64,000 nt of DNA from a virus. The position numbers were made by a program, and so were the translations under genes. The stretch is from IMG/VR virus record IMGVR_UViG_3300045988_105030; one strand, given 5' to 3'. The notes under the pieces are model-generated. The model did no database searches. It saw only the letters and a program-made list of their open reading frames with translations, and was not told the origin of the DNA. Numbering within the stretch: the stretch's first letter is position 1; each line of letters starts with the position of its first letter. This document shows positions 54,506-63,262 of this stretch, piece by piece.

Positions 54506-55239
54506 ATAAAGGTTACATCCAGCTGGCCATGTCCACGGGCTTTTACGAGGACATTGACTGCATCGAGGTGCGCGAGGGCGAACGGGAGGGGCGAGACGCC
54601 CGTACCGGAAAGCCCATTATCAACCTTGCCAAGTACGAAACGGACGAGGAGCGGGACGCCCACAAGATCATCGGCTATTACGCCTATTACAAGCTCAGCA
54701 CCGGGGCGTTCCGCTCGGAATACTGGCCGATGGACAAGCTGCTGCGCCACGCAGACCGTTACTCCCCCGCCTTCAAGCTGGAGAAGTACAACGCCCTCAT
54801 CAACGGTGAGTTGGACGCCAAGGAGCAGAGCAAGCTCCTGAACGGTACGCCTTGGTACGACGTGAACGGCGGGCAGGACAGAATGTGTAAAAAAACTGTG
54901 CTCCGCAGTCTGCTGAACAGCGGCTATGCCCCTCTTTCCAACGAGGTACGCAGCTACTTCAACGAGGACAGAGAGGACGGCGTTGTGACGGACATCCCCG
55001 CCGCTCCTGCGGAGAGTGCCATTCCCGTGACGGATTTCTCTGTCAACGAAGAAAATCGCGCCGCCAGCGACAAAACCACCGTAGAACGCCACCGGAACGC
55101 GCCTGTTGGCGATGAAACCTCTGCCGAGGGTGAGGATACCGCCCCGACCAAAAAGCGCGTAGAACGCAAGGAAACGGCAAATGCGGCGGTCGAGAGCACG
55201 GAGGACTTTTCCAAGGGTTTCTTTGGGGAGGGCGAGTAA
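54506..55239 (+). CDS. recT: RecT, exon 2
   Basis: (Y)KGYIQLAMSTGFY ... MCKKTVLRSLLNSGYAPLS fits the RecT core. Joined length is 1035 nt (344 aa). Confidence 0.75.
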
Positions 55240-55788
55240 ATGCCTCTTTTTATCCGCAAGCGCGTAGACGCAGAGGGTAAGGCAGACGGCAGCCAGTACA
55301 TGATCTGTACTGGCTCCGTAAGCCGGGACGCCAAGGTGGGGGAGATTCCCAAGAACCACATTCCCAAGGTGGAGTTTGGCATGGGGTACGACAGCAAGCA
55401 GTTTATGAACGTGTGTGCCGTGGGTGATAACGCCGCCACGAAGCTTGCCGCGTGTTTGGAAAAGGGCGACGCGGTGGCGGTGGTGGGAACGTGGCGGCAA
55501 AGGCCATACACCACCCGCGACGGCGAGGAAAAGGTGTGGAGCGAGCTTCGCGCCGACCATGTAATCCCGCTGGGCGCGCTGGAAACACTGCTGCAAGTGC
55601 CGACGGAGTATTTCCTTCGACTGGCCGACCTGCTGCCCGCGCTGGAAAAGCTGTGCGCCGGGGAAAAGCCGGATGTAAGACCGGCGGACGCGCCCCAGAG
55701 CGCGGCGGGTTTTCAGGAGATCGAGGATAACGAGCCGCTTCCGTGGGACGCGGAGGACGGCGGCGACGACTACGAGCTGAGTATCTGA
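55240..55788 (+). CDS. ssb: single-stranded DNA-binding (OB-fold) protein, divergent
   Basis: OB-like segment NVCAVGDNAATKLAACLEKGDAVAVVGTWRQRPYTTRDGEEKVWSELRADHV and an acidic C-terminal tail DAEDGGDDYELSI. Confidence 0.5.
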   Translation: MPLFIRKRVDAEGKADGSQYMICTGSVSRDAKVGEIPKNHIPKVEFGMGYDSKQFMNVCAVGDNAATKLAACLEKGDAVAVVGTWRQRPYTTRDGEEKVWSELRADHVIPLGALETLLQVPTEYFLRLADLLPALEKLCAGEKPDVRPADAPQSAAGFQEIEDNEPLPWDAEDGGDDYELSI

Positions 55789-55805
55789 CGGGAGGTGTTG
55801 GCGAA

Positions 55806-56888
55806 ATGGCGACAGGTAAAACATACTACTGGATGCGATTGAAGGAATCTTTCCTGAACAGCGACACGGTGGACTTCTTTATGAGCCAGCCAAACGGCGC
55901 GAATTATGTCGTTCTCTATCAAGCACTGTGCCTGAAAACCATTAACACGGAAGGGAGGCTCTCTCGGCAAATCGGGGACATCATCATTCCGTTTGACATT
56001 GAGAAGATACGCCGGGACTGCAAGTGGTTCTCCGCTGATACCATCCGCGTGGCACTGGAATACTACAAGCGGTTTGGCCTGATCTACCAAGACGTAGACG
56101 GAACGTTGGTCATGGCAGACCACCACAGTCTTGTTGGAAAGACAACAGATTATGCAGACCAGAAAAAGGCTCAACGTATAAAAAACGCCGAAAAACCGAA
56201 ACTTTTGGCAGATGGTGGTGTGGACAATGTCCACAGCGATGTCCATACAGAGATTAGAGATATAGAGATTAGAGATATAGATACCCCCCTATATCCCCCC
56301 ACGGGGGGGCAGAAAGGTAAACGCCGCCCCGATGTGGAACCGAAACCGGAGGACAGGTTCAGGGGCGAACTGCTGGATGCGGTGAATAGTTGGCTGGACT
56401 ACAAGTGGGAGAGGAACAAGTCCAATTACTACAAGGAAACCGGGTACAAGAGCCTTATTACGCAGCTGGGCAACTGTGCCAGAGACTATGGAGAGGCCGC
56501 AATGGCGCAGGTCATACGGTACAGCATGGCGAACAATTACCAGGGTATTTGCTTCGGAGAACTGAAAAAGGGCGCGAGAATGCCGGAGACAGTATACGGC
56601 GAGGACAGCAAGGCATTACGGGCCGCAAGATACTTTGCAGAGCAGAAACTGGCTGACTATCCAGACAGGTCGCAGCCTACTGAAGATGATCTCCAACGGT
56701 GGGCAGACGCGATGGAGCGGCTGCATCAGGAGAACGGAGTGAGCTGGAAAGTCATGGCAGAGGTGATGGACTTTTCGCTGGACAGTGAGTGGTGGAGCAG
56801 AAAAGTGCAGTCTGCTTACGACTTCAAACGTGATTTTAACAAGATTTTCGCGGATATGACCAAAGAGCAAGGGGCGGTAAAGGAGTGA
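55806..56888 (+). CDS. phage replisome organizer / replication initiation protein
   Basis: The N-terminus YYWMRLKESFLNSDTVDFFMSQPNGANYVVLYQALCLKT is the replisome-organizer N-domain pattern. Upstream of dnaB. Confidence 0.65.
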   Translation: MATGKTYYWMRLKESFLNSDTVDFFMSQPNGANYVVLYQALCLKTINTEGRLSRQIGDIIIPFDIEKIRRDCKWFSADTIRVALEYYKRFGLIYQDVDGTLVMADHHSLVGKTTDYADQKKAQRIKNAEKPKLLADGGVDNVHSDVHTEIRDIEIRDIDTPLYPPTGGQKGKRRPDVEPKPEDRFRGELLDAVNSWLDYKWERNKSNYYKETGYKSLITQLGNCARDYGEAAMAQVIRYSMANNYQGICFGELKKGARMPETVYGEDSKALRAARYFAEQKLADYPDRSQPTEDDLQRWADAMERLHQENGVSWKVMAEVMDFSLDSEWWSRKVQSAYDFKRDFNKIFADMTKEQGAVKE

Positions 56889-56895
56889 GAAGCCG

Positions 56896-58278
56896 GTGGA
56901 GATTGGCGTGATTGAGAGAAACGGCGAGGCGAAGGGGCTGTCCCTCCCGTGGCAGGCAGCTTATTCCCCAGAGGCAGAGCAAGCGGTGCTTGGGGCTATG
57001 CTGGTTGACGCAGGATGCGTAAAAGATGTGTTGAAGAACCTGGAGGAGGACGACTTTTACATAGAGACGAACCGGGAGATATTCAGGGTGATTCGGCGGA
57101 TGCACACAGAGGCAAAGCCTATTGACGGCGTGACGGTGGCAGCGGAGATGGAGCGGACTGGCGTTTATCACGAGAATACGAGAAGCTATCTGGTGCAGCT
57201 GATGGAGGTGACGCCTACCAGCGCCAATGTGCTGGAATACGCCAAGATCGTCAAGAAAAAGGCGGAGAAAACACGCTTTTTGCAGGCAGTGATGGAAGCG
57301 CTGGGCGACGATGATGACCCGCAGGCGGCGGTGGCGGCAATTTGCCGGCAGAAGATGAAAGCGCGGCGCGGCGGACGACTGAAAACCATGTCGGAAGCCA
57401 TGCAGGACGCCATGGACAGCGCATCCGGCAGGAAGGACAACCGCATTGACACAGGATATCCGCTGCTGGACGCTACGCTCAAAGGCATGTGGCCGGGACA
57501 GCTGATCCTGATCGGCGCAAGACCGGGGTGCGGAAAGAGCGCCATGTGCATGTCGCTGGCAGAGGCGGCGGCAAAAGAAGGAAACACGGTGCTGTACGTT
57601 ACGGCGGAAATGCTGGCCGGGGAGGTAGGCGAGCGTTTGTTGGCAAAGAACGTGAGTGGTCTGACCATGGATCAGATGATCGACGGCGTTCCGGAAAGTG
57701 ATGAAACACTGTGGATGCACATTGCGTATGAGGCCAGCATGGAGGCGAAGCTGCCGATTTTCTTCTACGACGGGCCTGATGTAACGGTGAGCCGTATTCG
57801 AGAGCTGGCACTAGGCATAGAAAACCTGAAAATGATCGTGGTGGACTATCTGGGACTGATGATTGGCGAAAAGAGGACGGAAAACCGAAATCTTGAGCTG
57901 GGAGGTATCAGCCGGGAGCTGAAGCTGCTGGCCTCGGAAATGGAGATTCCCATTGTGGCGGCGGCACAGCTTTCCCGCACGGTGGACGAAACGGACCGGC
58001 CGCGGCTTTCCTCCCTGCGAGACAGCGGAGAGCTGGAGCAGAACGCGGTAAAGGTGATATTCCTTTGGAAAACAGATCCGGCCGACATACGGCAGGTGGG
58101 GTGCAGCGTGGCAAAGAACCGGCGGGGCCGCACGGGAGATGTGAACTTCTTTTTTGAGGGGAAGAAAATGGAGTTTATGGAGCTGAGCTACCGCAAGGAG
58201 GACGAAAACGGCAGAGGTGTGTATCAAAAAAAGAAATCAAGGAACGCAAGAGAAAAATTCGGCTCTGATGACGACTAA
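56896..58278 (+). CDS. dnaB: replicative DNA helicase DnaB
   Basis: N-terminus SPEAEQAVLGAMLVD. Walker A GARPGCGKSAM. Also VVDYLGLM and ISRELKLLASEMEIPIVAAAQLSR. Confidence 0.9.
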   Translation: MEIGVIERNGEAKGLSLPWQAAYSPEAEQAVLGAMLVDAGCVKDVLKNLEEDDFYIETNREIFRVIRRMHTEAKPIDGVTVAAEMERTGVYHENTRSYLVQLMEVTPTSANVLEYAKIVKKKAEKTRFLQAVMEALGDDDDPQAAVAAICRQKMKARRGGRLKTMSEAMQDAMDSASGRKDNRIDTGYPLLDATLKGMWPGQLILIGARPGCGKSAMCMSLAEAAAKEGNTVLYVTAEMLAGEVGERLLAKNVSGLTMDQMIDGVPESDETLWMHIAYEASMEAKLPIFFYDGPDVTVSRIRELALGIENLKMIVVDYLGLMIGEKRTENRNLELGGISRELKLLASEMEIPIVAAAQLSRTVDETDRPRLSSLRDSGELEQNAVKVIFLWKTDPADIRQVGCSVAKNRRGRTGDVNFFFEGKKMEFMELSYRKEDENGRGVYQKKKSRNAREKFGSDDD

Positions 58279-58298
58279 AAGTCTGGAAGGTGCGGTTT

Positions 58299-58793
58299 AT
58301 GGGACTTGGTATGGAGGATATCGGACGCTTTAGCAAAAAAGCACAGGCGCAAATCTTGCAGAAGGTGCAGGAGCAGCAGAGGGCGGAGAAAGCGGCGGCG
58401 GACGCCAAAGCCAAGGCGGAGAAGCCGAAGAAGGGAAACAAGCTCCACGCGGAGAAGGTGGACATGACCATGCCGGACGGTACGCTCATGCACTTTGACA
58501 GCAAGCGGGAGGCGCGGCGGTACATGGATCTGTGGCTGATGCAGCGATCGGGACAAATCACCAACCTGCGGACACAGGTAAAGTATCCGCTGCTGCCCAA
58601 GCAGGAACGCAAGGACGGAACGAAGGAACGCGCCATAGACTATGTGGCGGACTTTGTGTACGAAAAGGACGGCGAGACGGTGGCAGAGGACAGCAAGGGC
58701 TTTCGGAACACATCCAGCGCCACATACAAGGTGTTTGTGATGAAACGGAAGATGATGCTGTACTTCCACGGCATTACAGTGAAGGAGGTATAA
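58299..58793 (+). CDS. DUF1064-like protein (endonuclease fold)
   Basis: FDSKREARRYMDLWLMQRSGQITNLRTQVKYPL ... IDYVADFVY fits DUF1064. ATG 58299 chosen; an alternative GTG lies at 58290. Confidence 0.55.
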   Translation: MGLGMEDIGRFSKKAQAQILQKVQEQQRAEKAAADAKAKAEKPKKGNKLHAEKVDMTMPDGTLMHFDSKREARRYMDLWLMQRSGQITNLRTQVKYPLLPKQERKDGTKERAIDYVADFVYEKDGETVAEDSKGFRNTSSATYKVFVMKRKMMLYFHGITVKEV

Positions 58794-58820
58794 GAAATCG
58801 TGGCAGGAGGTGCGGAGTCC

Positions 58821-59096
58821 ATGTATTTGAGAATGGCGGCTGGAGCGGTGCTGCCATGGTTTTCTAAGGAAATGACGGCAAGGAAAGTTACGGAAAATGC
58901 AAAGGGAGACGGTAAATTCTCACCCAGCGATGGGTATCACATGGTAGTGGCTACGGTGGAGGAGGTGGAGCAGTGCATGAGCTGCCCCTACCCGGAGTGC
59001 CGCAACTGTCAGGCGCGTAAACCGTCGAAGCGACGAAAAACACCAACAAAGGAGCTGGCGGACAGCCTGCGTATTCACCGATGCGAGGAGGTGTAA
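58821..59096 (+). CDS. hypothetical protein
   Basis: ATG 58821 after GGCAGGAGGTG. 91 aa. Confidence 0.4.
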   Translation: MYLRMAAGAVLPWFSKEMTARKVTENAKGDGKFSPSDGYHMVVATVEEVEQCMSCPYPECRNCQARKPSKRRKTPTKELADSLRIHRCEEV

Positions 59097-59100
59097 GGCC

Positions 59101-59292
59101 ATGACGACGGTGTATATGATCGTGTCGCGGGATAAATACCGGTTTCCCTGCTGGTGGGGCACGAGTACGGCGGAGCTGGCGCGGCTGTCCGGCAGATCGT
59201 ATGCCAGCGTGCGGTCCGGCATAAGCAGGGCGCGCAGGAACGGCGGCAGATACGGATGCTACGAGGTGGTGCGCATACAGGAGGGCGAGTGA
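59101..59292 (+). CDS. small HTH-like protein
   Basis: 63-aa ORF with SD GAGGAGG. TSTAELARLSGRSYASVRSGISRA looks like an HTH. Confidence 0.45.
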   Translation: MTTVYMIVSRDKYRFPCWWGTSTAELARLSGRSYASVRSGISRARRNGGRYGCYEVVRIQEGE

Positions 59293-59567
59293 TGGGCAAG
59301 CAGCATTTAAGCCGGGATGAACGGCTGATAATGAAAGGCAAGCTGCAAGGTACGCAGGAGTGCATGGACATGGTGGCGATGGTGCTGATGGACAAGTGCG
59401 GTTGGCACGTCTTTGAGGAGACAGAGGACTGCCGGGACACGTTGAGTATCGCGTACCTGTACAAATGTTTGGAAAAGATCACGCAGGAGATCAACGAAGG
59501 CCGCATCAAGCGGAAGCACATCAAGGACGTGCTGAAGGACGAGTGCGGCGTTGTGTTTGGAGATTAG
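59292..59567 (+). CDS. hypothetical protein
   Basis: ATG 59292 in a TGATG overlap. 91 aa. Confidence 0.45.
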   Translation: MGKQHLSRDERLIMKGKLQGTQECMDMVAMVLMDKCGWHVFEETEDCRDTLSIAYLYKCLEKITQEINEGRIKRKHIKDVLKDECGVVFGD

Positions 59568-59589
59568 GAGGTGACGCGCCATAAAGCAC

Positions 59590-62208
59590 TTGGGAGATAT
59601 TACAAATATCAACGGCGCGGAGATCAAACCGGTGTGGGTGGTGACGGGCGGCAGTCCCTGTCAGGACCTTTCCATCGCCGGGAAACGCGCCGGTTTGGCG
59701 GGAGCGCGAAGCGGCCTGTTTATGGAGCAGGTTCGTATTGTAAAAGAAATGAGGGAGGCAGACAAAAGGAATGGACGGACAGGTGCGGAAGTACGCCCGC
59801 GCTACATGGTGTGGGAAAATGTTTGCTTTGCCGGGGAAACGCTGGTGGCTTGCAAGAGCGGCTATAAGCGCATAGACCAAATTGCCGTGGGTGATGAGGT
59901 AAAGACCCACACGGGGATGTACCGCCCGGTGGCGAAGGTCATGCGGACGAAAAATCAGGCAGTGGTACGGCTGAAGGTCAGCGGCGCGGAGGACATCATC
60001 TGTACGCCAAATCACCCGCTGTACATCATGGAAAAGGTGTACGCAAACGCAGGGAAAAAGCAGGGGCGCAGTTTCACGAAACCGAGATGGGAAGCCGCTG
60101 AGAACCTGAATGACAGGTGCATGGTGGCGTACAAGCTGGACGAACCGACACTGCCGGACAACTTTATCACGCCGGACGAGGCGTGGGCGCTGGGACGCTA
60201 TATGGCGGATGGGAGCGTGGACTTGAATCGAGGAACGCCGCGTATATTTATCAGCGTGGGCAACGCAAAACTGGAGGAGGCAAGGGAGCATTTGCACCGG
60301 TTGCCATATCAGATACACGAGAACGCACCCCACGCCACAGCGACCAATATGGTGTTTTCGTCACAGGAGTTTTACAACCTTGTTTCCGGCGTTGGAAAGG
60401 GAGCGGGGAACAAGCGCGTACCGCCCTTCGTGTTTGATTTGCCGTTCAGTTTGCAGAAGTGCGTACTGAACGGGTATATCAGCGGGGACGGGTACATCAG
60501 GGAGCGCGGAAAGTGCAGGGAGTTGTGCTGCGTAACCGCCAGCAGAGAATTGGCATACGGCATCGCCCGGATGATACGGAATGTGTACCGGGTCGGCGCC
60601 AACATCTCCGTAAGAAAACCAAAAGACGGGAGAATGGGCGGACGCATTATCAAGGCAAACTATCCCTGCTATTGCGTGACGGCGGCACTGACCAATAAAA
60701 ACAGCACGGGCGTGTGCAAAGACGGCTTTGTGTGGCAGATGGTAAAAAGCGTGGAGCCGTGCAGAGAAAAGGCGACCGTCTACAATTTGAGCGTTTGGGA
60801 GGATAACACCTATGGAGCAAATGACGTTGTGGCCCATAACTGCGGAGCATTCAGCAGCAACAGAGGAAAAGACTTCGCAGCCGTGCTGGAAGAAATTGCG
60901 CGTATCGCAGAACCAGGATTTTCTCTATCTGGACTGCCGGAAAAGTGGAAATGGACAAAAGCAGGAGCCATTGACGGTGATGGGTGGTCTATCGCTTGGC
61001 GAACTCACGACACTAAGGACTGGGGAAAAACCATCCGAGACAGCCGTACAGGAAATGTTATCCGTTTGGGGACCCCACAGCGTCGCCGAAGAATCTCGGT
61101 TGTCGCAGATTTTGGAGGTGAATCCGCCGCCCAAATACAATTTGACCGCGAAAGCGTGTCTGGGCATCCTGCGGAGAGCGGAGCGGCGGGGGAAGGCCTT
61201 GCCGGAGCGGCTGAAAGCGGTTTTAATCCGGCAGTCGCAAGGAACCTCACCGCAAGAGCGGACGGAAGCCCCTGCGCCGACAGAGGCCCCAACATCGTAT
61301 GCAGTCCGCATCAGGGGGGCTGTGACGGAGGAGGAAAAGGCGCGTTAGTGCAGACGGAGAAAAGCGGGACGCTGGGAACGGGGAACGATCAGACGATATT
61401 CTGCATGGCCACACAGCAAGGCGGCGCGGAACTGCGGACAGACGACCGAGCGCCCACATTGACCGCAGCGGCTGGCATGAGCGGGAACAATCAGCCGGTG
61501 GTGGCTATCCCCATCAACGACAAAGCTACAAGATGGCAGGGCGGCGGAGAGAGCCGCAACCACGATGGCAGCGGCAACGGTCTTGGCATCGGCAAAGAGG
61601 GCGACCCGTCACCCACGCTGACCGCTGGCGACCGCCACGGGGTAATGTGCATGACACCGTGGGAGTCACAAAGCCAGCGCGTGTACGATGGTAACGGCGT
61701 TTCGCCTACGCTCAGTTCCCGTGAAAACAGTGGTCTGAACCGCGAAGCTGTGCTATGTGCTGGGTTTAAGGCCGGACAGGGCGCACAGACATACCCAGTG
61801 CAGAACATGGTGGTGCGCCGATTGACGCCGTTGGAATGTACGCGCTTGCAGGGATACCCGGACGGATGGGTGGACATTGGTGACTGGACGGATGAGAAGG
61901 GAAAGAAACACAAGGACGCGGACAGCCCGAAGTACAAGGCGCTGGGAAACTCCATCGCCCTGCCCTTCTGGGACTGGATGCTACGGCGCATGGCGCGGTA
62001 TCTGCCGGAGGGCGCGACGCTGGGGAGTTTGTTCGACGGCATTTCGGGGTTTAATGTCTGCTGGGCGAGAATACACGGAGCAGAGTGCTGCCGGTGGAGT
62101 TCCGAGATTGAACAATTCCCTATTGCCGTGACCAAAAAGCATTTCGGCGATGAGAAGTCAGGTGAGAAAGGCGACTGGGATATTTTTTCAGGAGGAATGA
62201 CATGGTAA
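59590..62208 (+). CDS. DNA (cytosine-5) methyltransferase, intein-containing, circularly permuted motif order
   Basis: Motif order along the ORF is as follows. III/IV: LGDIT...GGSPCQDLS. VI: WENV, interrupted by the intein. VIII: PQRRRRISVVADFGG. IX: VRRLTPLECTRLQGYPDGW. X: ALGNSIALP. Then I: SLFDGISGF. Then II: WSSEIEQFPIAVTKKHF. The start codon is uncertain: TTG 59590 lies 18 nt from the SD. Confidence 0.7.
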   Translation: MGDITNINGAEIKPVWVVTGGSPCQDLSIAGKRAGLAGARSGLFMEQVRIVKEMREADKRNGRTGAEVRPRYMVWENVCFAGETLVACKSGYKRIDQIAVGDEVKTHTGMYRPVAKVMRTKNQAVVRLKVSGAEDIICTPNHPLYIMEKVYANAGKKQGRSFTKPRWEAAENLNDRCMVAYKLDEPTLPDNFITPDEAWALGRYMADGSVDLNRGTPRIFISVGNAKLEEAREHLHRLPYQIHENAPHATATNMVFSSQEFYNLVSGVGKGAGNKRVPPFVFDLPFSLQKCVLNGYISGDGYIRERGKCRELCCVTASRELAYGIARMIRNVYRVGANISVRKPKDGRMGGRIIKANYPCYCVTAALTNKNSTGVCKDGFVWQMVKSVEPCREKATVYNLSVWEDNTYGANDVVAHNCGAFSSNRGKDFAAVLEEIARIAEPGFSLSGLPEKWKWTKAGAIDGDGWSIAWRTHDTKDWGKTIRDSRTGNVIRLGTPQRRRRISVVADFGGESAAQIQFDRESVSGHPAESGAAGEGLAGAAESGFNPAVARNLTARADGSPCADRGPNIVCSPHQGGCDGGGKGALVQTEKSGTLGTGNDQTIFCMATQQGGAELRTDDRAPTLTAAAGMSGNNQPVVAIPINDKATRWQGGGESRNHDGSGNGLGIGKEGDPSPTLTAGDRHGVMCMTPWESQSQRVYDGNGVSPTLSSRENSGLNREAVLCAGFKAGQGAQTYPVQNMVVRRLTPLECTRLQGYPDGWVDIGDWTDEKGKKHKDADSPKYKALGNSIALPFWDWMLRRMARYLPEGATLGSLFDGISGFNVCWARIHGAECCRWSSEIEQFPIAVTKKHFGDEKSGEKGDWDIFSGGMTW
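59824..60840 (+). mobile_element. intein (339 aa) with LAGLIDADG homing-endonuclease domain
   Basis: Starts CFAGETLV immediately after ENV. Block B ICTPNHPLY. Dodecapeptides WALGRYMADGSV and LNGYISGDGYI. Ends VVAHN, followed by +1 Cys (CGAFSSN). Confidence 0.8.
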
Positions 62209-62648
62209 ACGACGCTTTGTTTTCCAGCGATAAGAATTTCTGGGAAACGCCGCAAAATCTGTTTGACGAGCTGGACGCGGAGTTCCACTTCACGCTGGAC
62301 GCTGCCGCCAGTGATGGCAACCACAAGTGTGCGCGGTATTTCACGCAAAGCGATGATGGTTTGCGGCAAAATTGGGGGGGCGAAACGGTGTTTTGTAACC
62401 CGCCCTACGGGAGCAAGGAAACCGGGCTGTGGACGGAGAAGTGTTACCGCGAAGGACAGAAACCAGGGACAACGGTGGTGCTTCTGATCCCCGCCCGGAC
62501 TGACCGTGCCAGTTTTCACGACTACATTCTGGGTAAAGCAGAGATACGTTTTCTGCGCGGGCGGCTGAAATTCGAGCTGGACGGAAAGCCGATGGGAACG
62601 GCACCGTTTCCCAGCATGATTGCCATTTGGCGAGGAGGAATGACATGA
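62202..62648 (+). CDS. phage Dam-type DNA N6-adenine methyltransferase
   Basis: 148 aa. FWETPQNLFDELDAEFHFTLDAAAS and the catalytic motif FCNPPYG. Its ATG overlaps the end of the C5 methyltransferase. Confidence 0.8.
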   Translation: MVNDALFSSDKNFWETPQNLFDELDAEFHFTLDAAASDGNHKCARYFTQSDDGLRQNWGGETVFCNPPYGSKETGLWTEKCYREGQKPGTTVVLLIPARTDRASFHDYILGKAEIRFLRGRLKFELDGKPMGTAPFPSMIAIWRGGMT

Positions 62649-62941
62649 CAAGGGACGAGATCGTGACCGCGCTGCGGTGCTGTTCAGACATTGATGGCGA
62701 ATTTGAGTGCAGTACAACCTGCGCGTTTTTCAAAACGAGCGACGAACTGGGCGACTGCTGCACAAAGAAAAATGTTGCCGCCGCTGACCTGATCGAGAAC
62801 CAGCAGCGGCACATCGAGGCACTGTTGAAAGCAAACGACAGCCTGAAGGACGCCATTGCACGGCGGGATAAGCAGATAGAGGACATGAAGCAGGGCATGG
62901 CACAGCTGGCAAAGGCTGTTGCGGTGAAGGAGGAAAAGTAA
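62645..62941 (+). CDS. hypothetical Cys-rich/coiled-coil protein
   Basis: ATG 62645 in an ATGA overlap. 98 aa. Confidence 0.45.
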   Translation: MTRDEIVTALRCCSDIDGEFECSTTCAFFKTSDELGDCCTKKNVAAADLIENQQRHIEALLKANDSLKDAIARRDKQIEDMKQGMAQLAKAVAVKEEK

Positions 62942-63262
62942 ATGGACGCTGTGAAGTTTATAGAGGAACGCAGAAGAATGTACAGGGTGACAGGAAAGCA
63001 CGCGCCTACTTTGGCCGAGTGGATTCCAGCCGAGGACGTTGTGAAAGAAGTCGAAGCGTGGTCTGCTGCACATCCTCACAAGACGCGGCAGGGCGTGTTT
63101 CTGGAGCAGTGGCCACAGGCGAGTATTGGAGATGATGGTGTGCTGAAAGTACGCCCCTGCCTAATTTCTGAACCGCACAGGAATGCACAGGGCGGCTGCG
63201 TCAATATCCATCGCCAATGCCATGACTGTCGTAAAGAATTTTGGGGTCAGGAGGTGGAGTGA
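62942..63262 (+). CDS. hypothetical protein
   Basis: 106-aa ORF with SD AAGGAGGAAAAG. Confidence 0.5.
   Translation: MDAVKFIEERRRMYRVTGKHAPTLAEWIPAEDVVKEVEAWSAAHPHKTRQGVFLEQWPQASIGDDGVLKVRPCLISEPHRNAQGGCVNIHRQCHDCRKEFWGQEVE

Noticed and set aside
60812-61348. An alternative-frame ORF inside the C5 methyltransferase. Its peptide (SRLSQILEVNPPPKYNLTAKACLGILRRAERRGKALP) looks like a motif I associate with methyltransferase variable regions. Third-position GC over 61082-61261 is 43/60, versus 29/60 for the main frame.
   Set aside because: The main frame carries the essential motif VIII (PQRRRRISVVADFGG) on the same nucleotides. The GC excess is explained by the Gly/Ala/Glu/Arg-rich main-frame sequence, because its first codon positions are the other frame's third positions. 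It is still worth a blastp of both frames, but I do not call a frameshift or overlapping gene.
35845-62717. Other long overlapping ORFs: 35845-37305 (+), 38456-39721 (+), 40119-41669 (+), 52105-53700 (-), 54385-55824 (-), 61491-62717 (-).
   Set aside because: For the same reason: they are antisense or out of frame to genes with clear motifs (methyltransferases, RecT, DnaB and others), and they have no RBS.
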